Assembly: GCA_965198065.1 (NCBI GenBank) | Contig: CBDAON010000004.1 | Location: 1,472,001 to 1,536,000, forward strand | Direction: 5' to 3' | DNA: 64,000 nt | Origin: Longimicrobiales bacterium | Lineage (GTDB): Bacteria; Gemmatimonadota; Gemmatimonadetes; Longimicrobiales; Gaopeijiaceae | Part shown: piece after piece, positions 31,305 through 41,724 of the stretch | Layout of the letters: the number at the start of each line of letters is the position of its first letter | How positions within the stretch are numbered: the first letter of the stretch is position 1 | Translations under genes and position numbers: made by a program | Notes under the pieces: model-generated | The model's database searches: none | Told to the model about the DNA's origin: nothing | What the model saw: only the letters and a program-made list of their open reading frames with translations

Positions 31305-31904
31305 GACGCGGTCCTTCGCGCCCACGACGGCGGTCTTGGTCACCGGGCCGCGCCCCAGGCGCGCCCTCTTGACGGCGTGCTTGTTCTTCTCGAGCCCGCC
31401 GATGTAGCACTCGTCGACCTCGACGGGACCGGCGAAGGTCGCACCCTCATGCGCCCACGCCTCGCGTAGCCGGTGCAGCATATGCCAGGCGGAGCTTTGA
31501 GCGATTCCCAGATCCCGGTGCAGCTTCATGGAAGACACGCCCTTCAGGTTCGTGGTCATCAGGTAGGCCGCGATCGCCCACTTGCGAAGTGGGATGTTGG
31601 AGTCCTGCATCGCGGTACCCATACGGACACTGAACCGCTTCCGGCAATCGCGGCACCGCAAGGGCATGGTCTTGTGCTTCGCGCCGGTCTGGACGTTCAC
31701 GCTTCCGCAGTGCGTGCAGGCGGGCTCATCGCCCCAGCGGGCCTTGGCGAACCACTGCTCGGCCGCCGCATCGTCGGGGAACCTGTCGAACGCCTCGATC
31801 AGCGACAGTCCCTTCCGGTAGCTCTTCCCTGGCCCTTTCTCGCTCGCCATCCTATTAGCTCCCTTGCGGTTATCGCTTCTACCCGGCACTATAAATATAG
31901 TGCC
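31305..31904 (-). mobile_element. IS1595-family element, 3'-truncated
   Basis: ATG 31850; CTHCGS / CRDCRKRF zinc ribbon, KGVSSMKLHRDL, VEVDECYIGG; end palindrome GGCACTATAAATATAGTGCC. Confidence 0.88.
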
Positions 31905-31944
31905 CAGGGGGGTGGTTTGCAAGGGAGGCTTGGGCACCATTCGC

Positions 31945-32295
31945 TATAATTCCCATCCGGCACACCGCCAGGAAAGGGGTCGCAGGTGACCGTGCCGGGG
32001 GCAATGCGATGCAACCAATCCGGCGGAGAGATGGCACGCAGCGTGGCGACAGGGTCGGGAGCCTGTACGGTGCGCGGGTCGAGCGGGGCACTCGGGGGGC
32101 ATGATTTACGCCCCAGATATAATGCGAATACCGGACGCTGGAGCGCCATTGCGATGTGCCGCATAGACCAGGTTCCGTCCTCACTCCATACAGCTACGGC
32201 AATGGCTACATCGGTCCGGTAGTCACGAACCGTGATGATCGTGTTGATGCCGCGCCCGATGGCCTCAACGGCGGCGCGACGACCATTACTTGTCC
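31945..32295 (-). pseudogene. cas5e: Type I-E Cas5 (CasD) internal fragment
   Basis: Extended frame reads NTIITVRDYRTDV...ALQRPVFALYLGRKSCPPSAPL. Confidence 0.75.
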
Positions 32296-32588
32296 GCCCA
32301 TTCGAATGCTGCAGCCCGCGGGTTCCGAGTACCGATACCCGGCCCCTAGCAACATGGGAACGCCGGTCTCCCCTCGGCGGCTGCCATCGCCGCGCACACC
32401 ACCCTGAGGGAGCAAGACCACAGCCGCCTCCGCACTCAAACCGTGCTGCATTCGTTCGACTTGTTCACATGGCTTCTTGATCAATTCCCTCTCTTCTGAA
32501 CGCTCCGCCACAGGCTCCGCGGTGCGTCCTTGCACAGCTATAATATGTGTGTTACATATATATGGCATGGCAAAACGAGGAGGTGACT

Positions 32589-33365
32589 ATGCCGCCGGTA
32601 ATCCGGATATCCGACGAGAACTACGACAAGCTCAAGCTACTTGTCGATGACCCCTTCGGTGGGGAAACTCCGAACACGGTGGTCGGGCGTCTCCTAGACG
32701 CCGTGCTGAGGTCGGAGCGGACCCTGAGTCACAACGGGCGCAACGCCGCCGCCCCGCCCGTTCCGGTCAGGACCCTCGATCCCGAAGCGCCCGGAGAACT
32801 CAAGCATACCTCGGTACGAAGAGTGACCATAGATGGCCGCGACATCCCGAAGGCAAACTGGAATCAGCTCCTTCGAGAAGTCCACATGCGGGCGGCCGAG
32901 GAACTCGGCAGCCCCGAGGTGATCCGGATTTCCGAGGCCAACGTCCGGGCCGGTGAATTCACCGAGGGAGGTTACTATCATCTCGCGGCAGTCGACCTGT
33001 CCGTTCAGGGCCAGGACTCCAACGAGTGTTGGCGAAGCAGCTACCGGCTGGCCGAGCGTCTGAATGTCCCTATCAGCGTTGAGCTCCGCTGGCGAAACAA
33101 GGACGGCGCAGCCTACCCGGGCGAGCTCGGGAAACTGAGCTTCGATGCCCGCGTCTACCTTGTAGAGCCGGTCGGCGGCGAATGGTCCCTTCGGCGGCAG
33201 GGCGTCGATGCGCCGATGGAGTCAGCACCCACTCTCGACGAGGCGCGCGAATCCGCTCTAGGACGGCTGAGGGGCTTCGCGCCGTGTAACCTGCGCATGC
33301 TCGCGGACCCCTACGAGGAGTGGCGGCTCCGTCATATGGATGCGGATTGGCACCAGATTACGTAG
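32589..33365 (+). CDS. SepA-like (T4SS-effector-annotated family) protein
   Basis: GAGGAGG RBS; ANWNQLL, GY..L...DLSVQGQDSN..W, WRNKDGAAYPG. Confidence 0.55.
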   Translation: MPPVIRISDENYDKLKLLVDDPFGGETPNTVVGRLLDAVLRSERTLSHNGRNAAAPPVPVRTLDPEAPGELKHTSVRRVTIDGRDIPKANWNQLLREVHMRAAEELGSPEVIRISEANVRAGEFTEGGYYHLAAVDLSVQGQDSNECWRSSYRLAERLNVPISVELRWRNKDGAAYPGELGKLSFDARVYLVEPVGGEWSLRRQGVDAPMESAPTLDEARESALGRLRGFAPCNLRMLADPYEEWRLRHMDADWHQIT

Positions 33366-33578
33366 CAACCGATGCCACATCACATTAAGGTTCGAACAGC
33401 TGCACGTCACAGCGCGAGCGAGGGCGCTGCCATGGCGCCCGTATACACATGTGTGAACACGCTGTTACTGACGAGGCAGTGAGCCCATGGTAGGATCTCC
33501 GACGATCCCATGCCTCTGACATTTTGAATGGAATCCACAGTGCCTTGAAATGACGACCGCTACCTATCTGACCCACGT

Positions 33579-33790
33579 TGACCTGCCCCCAAGAGCGGTA
33601 CCACATCCTATGTTAGTCCCAGCACCTGTGGAGGGCCATGAAGGACGGGCATCCTCAGGAACCAGGGCGACGGAGCGGCCTCAGCCGGATGCACGATCCG
33701 TCGTTGAGCCACAGCCGACCTCGCTTCGGCTGCCGCTCCGGCACCTTCAGCCCCTCCTGCCTCCAGATCCGCTCCACCCGCTTGTGACCG
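33579..33790 (-). mobile_element. Internally deleted IS3 (IS407-like) remnant with right IR
   Basis: HKRVERIWRQEGLKVP..RGRLWLNDGSCIRLRP; IR GTGGTACCGCTCTTGGGGGCAGGTCA. Confidence 0.75.
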
Positions 33791-33845
33791 ACCTCCGCGT
33801 CTCGACGCTCACCGGCGAGATACGAGGCCCAGTCGCTCATGGGTC
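33790..33845 (-). pseudogene. Tyrosine-integrase C-terminal tail
   Basis: MSDWASYLAGERRD matches the end of the integrase at 40519. Confidence 0.65.
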
Positions 33846-34865
33846 AGTGCCTCCGCCCAAACAGGTCCTTGCGCCGGTAGGGCGCCTCGCCGCGGTACCG
33901 ATTCTGACTCCGGTGTACTCCGAATCCTGCAACAAGAAAGCCAGGGAGCTTCGACACTCTCCGGGCCTTGCGGGACTACTTGTGGGCTGCGACCGTGCTA
34001 CTTGGAGAGCATGAGAGATGCGTCAACGATCGAGGTAGCGGCCAATGAAGCAATGGGTCAAGGACGGCGTCGCCGAGGTTGCAAGACAACTTGCCGACGA
34101 GGAACCCCATCGTGTTGGGCCAGGGGGTTCCCCTTGGCAGTGTTTGCTGCCGTGCGTGATCGACGGCCAGACATCTTGTCGCACATCGAGAGATACCGTC
34201 ACGGGGTAGACCCCTATCAAGTCGTGGCATGTTTCATCCCGCCGCGCGACCGTCTCCTATCCCAAAGCTGATCTGCGCTGGATACGGCCCCGTGGGGAGT
34301 GGGAGATCGCCCGGTCCGACTTGTCTCTCCGCCTTCCTCGCCCAGAACTTCGTCCGCAGCCATCCCACTCGGTCCGACGACTTCTCCCTCATATTTGTAT
34401 ATCTGAAGTGATACAGAGACCACTGTTGCGAACGACAACATGTTGTATAACAACATCTTATGATCGGCATAGCTAGTCCTAGTACTTATACGATTACTTG
34501 CCGTAATCACGTCACCTGTACTGTGCCTGATGTGCACTCGCCGATCAGCACCGACCCTCGCCGATCCGCGTTCAAAATCGGCCTCCAGGGAGCCGTCTCG
34601 AGCGCCATGTCGCGAAGCCGTGGATCAACGTTCCGGGACTCGAGGATCGGTGGAGGTCGTTCAGCTCGACGATCCGCTTGAGGCAGGCCTGCAGGTCGCC
34701 ATACTCTTTGAGCACCCGGTCATCCTTCTTGCGGATGGCCTGCTCGATTCGGGCGATCTCGCGGCGAGCCGCACTGTCGGGTTCCGGAACAGCGGAGGGG
34801 CCGGATGCTGTAGATGTGTTGGTCCAGTTCTCGAGGATCGTCAGGGCCCGCTGCAGCTCCCTCTG

Positions 34866-35338
34866 AGGTGTTGCGACGACCTCTTGAATTCACCCAGTAC
34901 ACGTCGATCGCATTCGGGCTCCGCTGCAAGCATATGGGTGTTCGGCCCTCGATGGGCTCGGTGGGTGATGCGTACGACAACGCGCTGTGCGAGAGCTTCT
35001 TCGCGACGCTCGAGTGCGAGCTGATCGAACGCAGGCGCTTCGCGAATCGTGTGGAGGCCAAGATGGCGGTGTTCCGCTTCATCGAGGGCTGGTACAACCC
35101 GCGTCGCAGACACTCAGCGCTGGGCTACAAGTAGCCCGTCAATTTCGAAGCGAAGCACTCGGAGGCCGCGTGAACACTTGGGCCTTCAGAGCGCCGAGGC
35201 TCTTCTAACCTTGGCGGATTCTAGCTGCCTTCCACTCCCCTGCGCCTCTGGCGCAGCGGAAGCTTCTGACTCCATCGGGGGTGGGGTACAGAAACAAAAC
35301 TCAAACACTTACCTGTCCACTGAATCGGGGGAAGTCCA
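34866..35338 (+). mobile_element. IS3-family 3' fragment preceded by an IS30-like end
   Basis: QYTS..SMGSVGDAYDNALCESFFATLECE..YNPRRRHSALG; right IR CTGTCCACTGAATCGGGGGAAGTCCA; GTGTTGCGACGACCTCTTGAA at the join. Confidence 0.75.
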
Positions 35339-35519
35339 GCTCAGATGGTGGAGGGACTCTTAGAGAGGGTCTCGGTCTAGCAAGGCTTCTCCACCTGACG
35401 CAACGTATACCCGCCGCTGCCGGGGCTCTGGACCCATTCACCCTCGACCCTTTGCTGTCGAGTGATTAGGGTGCATTGTTCGACCTCCTCAGTTCTGGCA
35501 AGCAGCTTTGGAGCAGCTC

Positions 35520-38500
35520 ATGTCACAGATTGCCTCATTCAGTTCTGTGCGCGACGACCTGGCCGAGATCATTTCTCCAGGTACCGCTGGGCTAGTGTTG
35601 GGCGCCGGCGCGAGTGAGAGCAGTGGGGGTATGCTTTGGGGGCCACTCGTCAAAGAGTTGTGCGATAGGTTTCCGAAAGCACCGGTCAGTCCATCACAGC
35701 ATCCGTTTGAGATCTGCGATCTTATTTGCGAAACACCTGTCTATGGCCGGGCTCCACTAGTTGAATTCGTGAAGGAGCGCTTGGGCTCCCTGGTGCCGTC
35801 TCAGGATTACGCTCAAATCCCACGAGTGAAGTGGCAAGCTATTTTCACGACTAACTACGACGACCTCCTTGAACAAGCATACCGATCCACCTCCCGCCGA
35901 CAGAACCTAGACACCGTCCACCTTCTCCCAGATGCTCTGGTACTTGCTGCGCGTCCCAAACACGTACTTGGCTGTTGCCTGATGGGATCTGTGAGGAATC
36001 GCTTCGATTCGTCCGCGTCTCCGGTCCTGACTTGGAGCGACTTTTACTCGACCCAAAGTGATCGTGAAAAGATGCTCGCGCTTGTGGAAACCATTCTCCT
36101 CCAGGGCGGAAAGATCATATACGTCGGATACAGCTTCGACGACTTCATACTTTTGAGGGTAGTGGAGGCTGTGGTCTCCAAGATTGGCCTGCAGGCAGCC
36201 CCCTACGGTTACGCTTTGATGGGTTCCGGCGACGGACCTACTGGGACCCACCTACACCGATTACAGGCTCGAAAGGTGGTGCCCATTCGCGGATCCTTTG
36301 AGGATCTCGCGGCACTCCTTCGCGATATCGCAGACGGAAGCCTGGAGCCTAGGCATGGAGATGCCCCCAAGCTTGAGAGTCCAGGAGGAGGACGAGCGCT
36401 GTTCATCCATAATGAGGAGATTCGGCTTGATGATGAAGTCGCCTCAGTCTTTGACGAGTCCTTCCAAGTCCTTTCAGAAGAGGAGATCATAGATCCCCGT
36501 GGGTCGGAATCTGAGAGCACCGATGAATCGTCATTGGCGAAGAGCTTCCTAGAGGGAATGACTCTTGGATGGCTCCCCTATGTGAAAGGGTGGACATACT
36601 GCAGACCGGCATATCATGAAATCTACGGCAATGTCCGAACCACCGCGGAGCTTGGGGACCCAGCGGCTAATGAAGTGATTCTGATCCATGGCCCTGCAGG
36701 CCTCGGGAAGTCTGTTATGGTGAGACAACTAGCCTTCGACTTGTATCGAAAGGCTCAGATTCCCGTGTTGCTTGCGCGAGCGTCCTGGATCTCCCGTCCC
36801 GATATCCGCCTACTCGACAGGTATCTCAACGAAATCGAGCTGGCGCGAACTTCGAATGGCAACCTGCCGGCACTCGTAGTCATTGTCGATCAGGCAGAGC
36901 TCCTGGAACACAACCTTCCCTATCGAGCCGCAAAATACTTACGAGGCAAGGGACGATCAGTTCTCTTTGTGCTCACAGCCCGGACTAATGAGTACTTTCG
37001 GGACAACACCGGAGAGAAGAATCTTGGAGATCCTCGAGAATTTGAGATACCAGAGAAGCTTGAAGAAGGTGAAGTTGCGGGCCTAATCGCCCACATCCAG
37101 AAGCTGGGCGTATGGGATAGGCCCATGGTCACGACAGAAGCGTTTTGGAAGGAGTACGTCGCCAAGGAATTTGATAACACATTCTTTGACACAGTCTATT
37201 CGCTCGTGGAGCCCACTCGAGAACCTCTGCGGAAACGAGTTTGGTCCGAGTTTGAGAACCTCAGTGCACTCGCGCAGAGAGCGTACATATATATTGCTGC
37301 CCTTCACCAGTTCAGCATACCACTGAAAATGGAAGTGCTTCGCCGTGCGCTGGACGTCCCGTTCACAGATTTTCTACAAGATATCATCAAGAGTGATGCC
37401 AGAGCGGTGCTCTTTTCGGAAAGCCAGGGAGCGGATCTCAATCTCTATTTTCGCGGGCGATCACGCATGATCAGTGAGCTCGTGTTCAGCCGTGCATTGG
37501 TTGACCCACAGGAGCAACTGGACACATTCAAGGAGATCGTTCGAGCCACCGAGCCAAGCGAGATGTTCGGTAACGACGAACTGGATGCCTTGCGGCATCT
37601 CCTCGTTCATGTTCTTGGGCCAAGCGGCTACGATCACCGCTTTTCGGTTGAAGAGACAGCCGAGCTGTTCCGTGAGGCAGTGGAGCAAGTAGAAGATGAC
37701 GTCTTGGAACACCACTGTGGGTTGGCGGAGCGTGAGGCGGGCCGGCTACTTTCTGCCAAGCAACACCTTGAAAAATCCCTCGCCATGTCGGCGCTTATTC
37801 CTGTGGATTACACCGTCCAGAGAGAGGCGCCGCAAAATATTGAAAATTCACTGGCGGTCGTTTGTGGGCTGCTCGCTCTCGAGGCGTTGAAACGAAAGTC
37901 GCTCCCAGAGTCGGATGGCTTATATGAGGATGCGAAGCGGCACTTTGTGAATGCGCGTGCAGGGCAGTTCCCTAATGCTGCTGCATACGATGCCCACGCC
38001 CGCGTCCTGCGGGATCGTGCCGCGATCCGCTTTGCACAGGGTTCGCCGGACCAGGCACTTGCCTTGGGCGAAGCTCTAGCGATCGTGGATGACGGGATTG
38101 ACAGCGTTAATGAAGATTACCGTAAAGGTCTCGTGGAGCTGCGCTCCAGGATCCTGTATCAATTGGGGGACTTTCAAGAGGCGATCGCAGATCTGGCCGC
38201 GCGTGCCGAGAAGGGCAACCTACGGAATCGGGCCCTCTACCACATTATTCTTGGCCGTCTCCTGATGGATCTTCCCAACGTCAAAGGGAAGCATTTCAAA
38301 AAAGCTCTCTCCCACGCTACGAGCGCCTGCGAGTTAGACCCGACGCTATTCCAGGCATGGAAACTGAGGGCGAAGTGCTATGCGAGGCTCCAACCTAAGG
38401 ACCGAGTAACACAGTTTGAATACCTGGAACAGTGCCTGGTGCTACCGGGCGGTCGCGAGGACACGTGGGTGCTTTACAACTCGGCGGTCATAGCCTTCGA

Positions 38501-38819
38501 CTTAGAGAAATTCACAGGTTCTTTTGAGCACTTTCGCCAACTCAGGAAAATTGCGAAGGGAGATGAAAGGCAGTTTGGAATGATAGAATACGCAGGGGTT
38601 AGGGGAGGACTAGCGGATCCTCTTGAGTTCACTGGACGCGTCGTACGGACCGGACCCGCCCGCCTTGGAATCGAGTGTGAAGAGCTGTCGGTTTTTTCAC
38701 CGGTGTGGTTCAACCCAAAAATCCAGCGATTCTACACCGCACGCCAAGGGCATAATGTAAAATTTCTTGTTGGCTTCAATTACCGTGGGCTCAGCGGCGA
38801 GGATGTGGAGCAGACATGA
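35520..38819 (+). CDS. SIR2-like + STAND NTPase + TPR + C-terminal OB-like protein (Avs-type defence candidate)
   Basis: LGAGAS, FTTNYD, VGYSFDD; GPAGLGKS Walker A, VVIVDQAE Walker B; helical repeats; beta-rich tail; visibly lower GC. Confidence 0.8.
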   Translation: MSQIASFSSVRDDLAEIISPGTAGLVLGAGASESSGGMLWGPLVKELCDRFPKAPVSPSQHPFEICDLICETPVYGRAPLVEFVKERLGSLVPSQDYAQIPRVKWQAIFTTNYDDLLEQAYRSTSRRQNLDTVHLLPDALVLAARPKHVLGCCLMGSVRNRFDSSASPVLTWSDFYSTQSDREKMLALVETILLQGGKIIYVGYSFDDFILLRVVEAVVSKIGLQAAPYGYALMGSGDGPTGTHLHRLQARKVVPIRGSFEDLAALLRDIADGSLEPRHGDAPKLESPGGGRALFIHNEEIRLDDEVASVFDESFQVLSEEEIIDPRGSESESTDESSLAKSFLEGMTLGWLPYVKGWTYCRPAYHEIYGNVRTTAELGDPAANEVILIHGPAGLGKSVMVRQLAFDLYRKAQIPVLLARASWISRPDIRLLDRYLNEIELARTSNGNLPALVVIVDQAELLEHNLPYRAAKYLRGKGRSVLFVLTARTNEYFRDNTGEKNLGDPREFEIPEKLEEGEVAGLIAHIQKLGVWDRPMVTTEAFWKEYVAKEFDNTFFDTVYSLVEPTREPLRKRVWSEFENLSALAQRAYIYIAALHQFSIPLKMEVLRRALDVPFTDFLQDIIKSDARAVLFSESQGADLNLYFRGRSRMISELVFSRALVDPQEQLDTFKEIVRATEPSEMFGNDELDALRHLLVHVLGPSGYDHRFSVEETAELFREAVEQVEDDVLEHHCGLAEREAGRLLSAKQHLEKSLAMSALIPVDYTVQREAPQNIENSLAVVCGLLALEALKRKSLPESDGLYEDAKRHFVNARAGQFPNAAAYDAHARVLRDRAAIRFAQGSPDQALALGEALAIVDDGIDSVNEDYRKGLVELRSRILYQLGDFQEAIADLAARAEKGNLRNRALYHIILGRLLMDLPNVKGKHFKKALSHATSACELDPTLFQAWKLRAKCYARLQPKDRVTQFEYLEQCLVLPGGREDTWVLYNSAVIAFDLEKFTGSFEHFRQLRKIAKGDERQFGMIEYAGVRGGLADPLEFTGRVVRTGPARLGIECEELSVFSPVWFNPKIQRFYTARQGHNVKFLVGFNYRGLSGEDVEQT

Positions 38820-39257
38820 TTAGGTATTCCCCACCCATGGTTTTCTTCCCCAGAGGGGTGCGACCCCTGAACCTTTCCGATGAGACCATCTGACAAGCCG
38901 AGTACCGAAGGCCAAAACCAGTTGATCGTTCTTAAAGGGTGAGTCCCTCGGGTCTAAATGGAAGCGTCAGAGAAGATCGAAGAGTTGAGGAACTCACTCC
39001 AAACGATCCTCCTGGAACTGAACAAGATAGTTCAGCGCCTGGATGAGGTTTTGAACCGAGCGCCACCAGCTGGGGTTCAGAAATAGGGCTCGACGGTGGC
39101 TGGCGGAGAGTGGAGAGGTCGAGAGCCCTGGTCTCGTTTCAGGGGGCCACGTCAGCTGGACGGGACTGCGACTCAGCGCTGAGCGACCAGCACCAACAAT
39201 CCGGCACAACGGGCGGTTGTTCCTCCTATCAAGCAGTTTGGTGAGCGATATCCTGAA

Positions 39258-39584
39258 ATGCCATTCTGCCACACGCCACACTGGACCGAGTTTCAGGAAC
39301 GCTACCAAGACGAGCTCACGACCGCACCTGAAGAGCTAGCTCTGAAGCATCTTGCTGGGACAGCGTATGTCCTTGGTCACGAATATCCAGAATATCGGGG
39401 ATGGAATGACCTAGCTGCAGCTATAGCAACGCATTGGCCCTCTCGTCAGGAAGCCTTCCGCCGGGTCCGCGAAAAGGCGGAGTTCATCATGCAGATCAAT
39501 CCGGATGACGTTGAGAATCAGCTAGGGCTATTGCTGGACGACATGGGTTTCAGCCGCCCAATCGGCGCTTCCACGCGCGCATAA
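39258..39584 (+). CDS. Hypothetical protein or fragment
   Basis: Protein-like lower-GC ORF; an IS-IR-like sequence lies upstream at 39130-39154. Confidence 0.35.
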   Translation: MPFCHTPHWTEFQERYQDELTTAPEELALKHLAGTAYVLGHEYPEYRGWNDLAAAIATHWPSRQEAFRRVREKAEFIMQINPDDVENQLGLLLDDMGFSRPIGASTRA

Positions 39585-39603
39585 ACAGAAGGGGCCCAGG
39601 TTC

Positions 39604-40199
39604 TCAGCGCTCGTCGGCGAGGTAGGCAGCCCAGTCGTCCATGAGCCGGCGGCGGCGCTCGAACAGGTCCGTGCGCCGATAGGCCGCCTCGACGTAGGCG
39701 CGGTGCCCGGGTTGCTGCACCCGCGCCAGCGCCGGGTCATCCGGCCGGCTCCAGCCCTCCTCGGCGTTGAAGGCATCGCGGAGCGGGTCGAAGTCTTCTG
39801 CCAGCCCGGCGGCGCGATGTTGAGGCTCCGGCCGGTCTCCAGGTCGCATCGCGCGGCGAGGACATGCACGTGAACGCAGCCGTCGCGCTCGCGGTGCACC
39901 ACGGCCGCCCAGGCGTAGCGGTCGGGCTCCAGCCCCGCCCACGCCGTCCTCTCGAACTCGTCGAGTACGGCTTCGATCTGCGCGTCGGTCGGAGTGTCGT
40001 CCGGTGCCCAGGCAATCACGCCCGACGTGTACTTGTGCTCGAACGCCAGCGCGTCGGCCACCGCAGCCACCTGATGGGGATCCCCCTGGAGGACCTCCAC
40101 GCCCTCGCGCAGTTGCCCTGTCGTGTCCCGCGCCCCGAGGAGGTAGTCGGCCGCCTCCCGGGCCGAGCCGGTTCCGCGGGCCAGGAACTTAATGTGCAT
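39604..40199 (-). pseudogene. MOBP-type relaxase N-terminus, frameshifted and fused to an integrase tail
   Basis: MHIKF..GS..AADYLL, YTSGVIAW, HRE...HVHVL; ends VEAAYRRTDLFERRRRLMDDWAAYL. Confidence 0.8.
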
Positions 40200-40440
40200 C
40201 GGCGTCGGGGCGGACGACGGGGGCCAACGCTGCGAGCGCCCGCTCGATGGCGACCAGGTGGGCGACGATCTCGACGGTCTCGGCGTTCGCTTTGAAGGTA
40301 TTGGCCCAGCGGGCGATCTGGTTCAGGTTCGCCCCGATCCGCGCCAGCTCGCGGGTCCGCTCTCGCTCCACCCCGGCGTGCGCCACGGTCCAGGGGCGCA
40401 CCCGGCCCACCGACCGGCGCACCAGATCCGACAGCGTTAA
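40189..40440 (-). pseudogene. mobC: MobC relaxosome accessory protein fragment
   Basis: ELARIGANLNQIARWAN. Confidence 0.8.
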
Positions 40441-40518
40441 CCCTGCGGAGCGCGCCTTCGCGCCCCCGCTCTTCAGCGCCCTGACGGACTCGTCCGCCGG
40501 CGCTACGAGCGCGGCGGA

Positions 40519-41724
40519 TCAACCGACCCGCTGGGCCTCCGGGTCCCGACGCTCGCCCGCCAGATACGCAGCCCAATTGTCCATCAGGACGCGCCTGCGC
40601 TCGAAGAGGTCCGAACGCGCATAGGCAGCTTCCACCTTGTTACGAACCGCATGCGCCAACGCGGCCTCGGCGACTTCACGCGGTGCGTTGGAACACTCGC
40701 CGCACCAGTCCCTGAAGCTCGACCGGAAGCCGTGCGGCACGGCCGCGATACCCAGGTCTCGAAGCAGCGTGGAGAGTCTGCTGTGGGCAGATGCGCGGCC
40801 CTCCGGCGACGGGAAAACGAGACCGCTGCCGCCGCCGAGCGTCCGCGCCTCGCTCAGTACCTCCACAGCGCGCCCGGACAGCGGCACCCTGTGGGGGCGA
40901 TGGGCCTTCGTGCGTTCGGCGGGAACCGTCCACTCTCGAGCCTCCAGGTCGATTTCATCCCAGTGCGCCAAGCGAACCTCTCCCGAGCGGGCCACCGTCA
41001 ACACCAGGAACTCGAAGGCGAGTTTCGTGGCCGGGTAAGCGTGCGACTTCCGCACCGTCTCCATCGCGCCCGCGACCTTCGAGTGAGGCAACGCGCGCAT
41101 GTGCCGGACTACGGCTTGCTGTCGGCCAAGCGCTTGACCGAGCACATCGCTGGCGGGGTTGTCCGGCCGAAGCCCCATCGCCACCGCCCACTTCATCACC
41201 GCCCCGATGCGCTGGCGCACCCGTCTGGCAGTCACCTGCTTGGCGTGCCAGATCGGTGTCAGCACCGCCAGGATGTCGGCTGTCGTTATCTCCCCAACCG
41301 GTCGATGGCCCAGCTGTGAGAACGCATAGACGCGCAGGCTGGAGACCCAGTCCTTTGCATGCCTGGCGCTGCGCCAGCCCGGCCGCAGCTGTTCCAGAAC
41401 GCGGGCGGCCGCTTCGGCGAACGTGGGCATGTCCCGGACCTTGTGCCGCTCGGTACGCGGATCACCGCCCGAGCGCGCGATCTTGCGGTTCATGAATGCC
41501 TTCTCGCGGGCCTCGGCCAGCGATACCAGCTGGTAGCCCCCCAGGCCCAGCGTGCGGTTTCGACCCTGGATCCGCAGACGCTGCTCCCATCGGCGCGCGC
41601 CCGATCGGTCCACGCGCAGATAGAGGCCGTTCCCATCGCAGTAGTATCCGGGCTTGGCGCTGCGCACGAAGGCCGCGCTGAGTGCGTTATGCGGGCGCCT
41701 GCCTCGGTGTTTGGGCAAATCCAA
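40519..41724 (-). CDS. P4-like tyrosine integrase with arm-binding domain
   Basis: DGNGLYL, ARSGEVR, K..RPHRVPLS, HGFRSSFRDW, LAH..VEAAY. Confidence 0.93.
   Translation of the reverse strand: MDLPKHRGRRPHNALSAAFVRSAKPGYYCDGNGLYLRVDRSGARRWEQRLRIQGRNRTLGLGGYQLVSLAEAREKAFMNRKIARSGGDPRTERHKVRDMPTFAEAAARVLEQLRPGWRSARHAKDWVSSLRVYAFSQLGHRPVGEITTADILAVLTPIWHAKQVTARRVRQRIGAVMKWAVAMGLRPDNPASDVLGQALGRQQAVVRHMRALPHSKVAGAMETVRKSHAYPATKLAFEFLVLTVARSGEVRLAHWDEIDLEAREWTVPAERTKAHRPHRVPLSGRAVEVLSEARTLGGGSGLVFPSPEGRASAHSRLSTLLRDLGIAAVPHGFRSSFRDWCGECSNAPREVAEAALAHAVRNKVEAAYARSDLFERRRVLMDNWAAYLAGERRDPEAQRVG

Noticed and set aside
31197..31305. Transposase ORF extending into the CRISPR array as a fusion protein
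   Set aside because: Read-through from the truncated IS1595 into repeats
38958..39086. 42-aa coiled-coil ORF as a partner of the SIR2-STAND gene
   Set aside because: No recognisable motif and it abuts an IS-end junction; cannot be supported
39101..39128. tRNA-Ser-like att remnant (TGGCGGAGAG...)
   Set aside because: Match too short and no partner copy in the window
29851..41724. CRISPR-associated transposon or RNA-guided integrase system
   Set aside because: No tnsB/tnsC/tniQ or intact effector; integrase and IS are ordinary families and the cas genes are fragments
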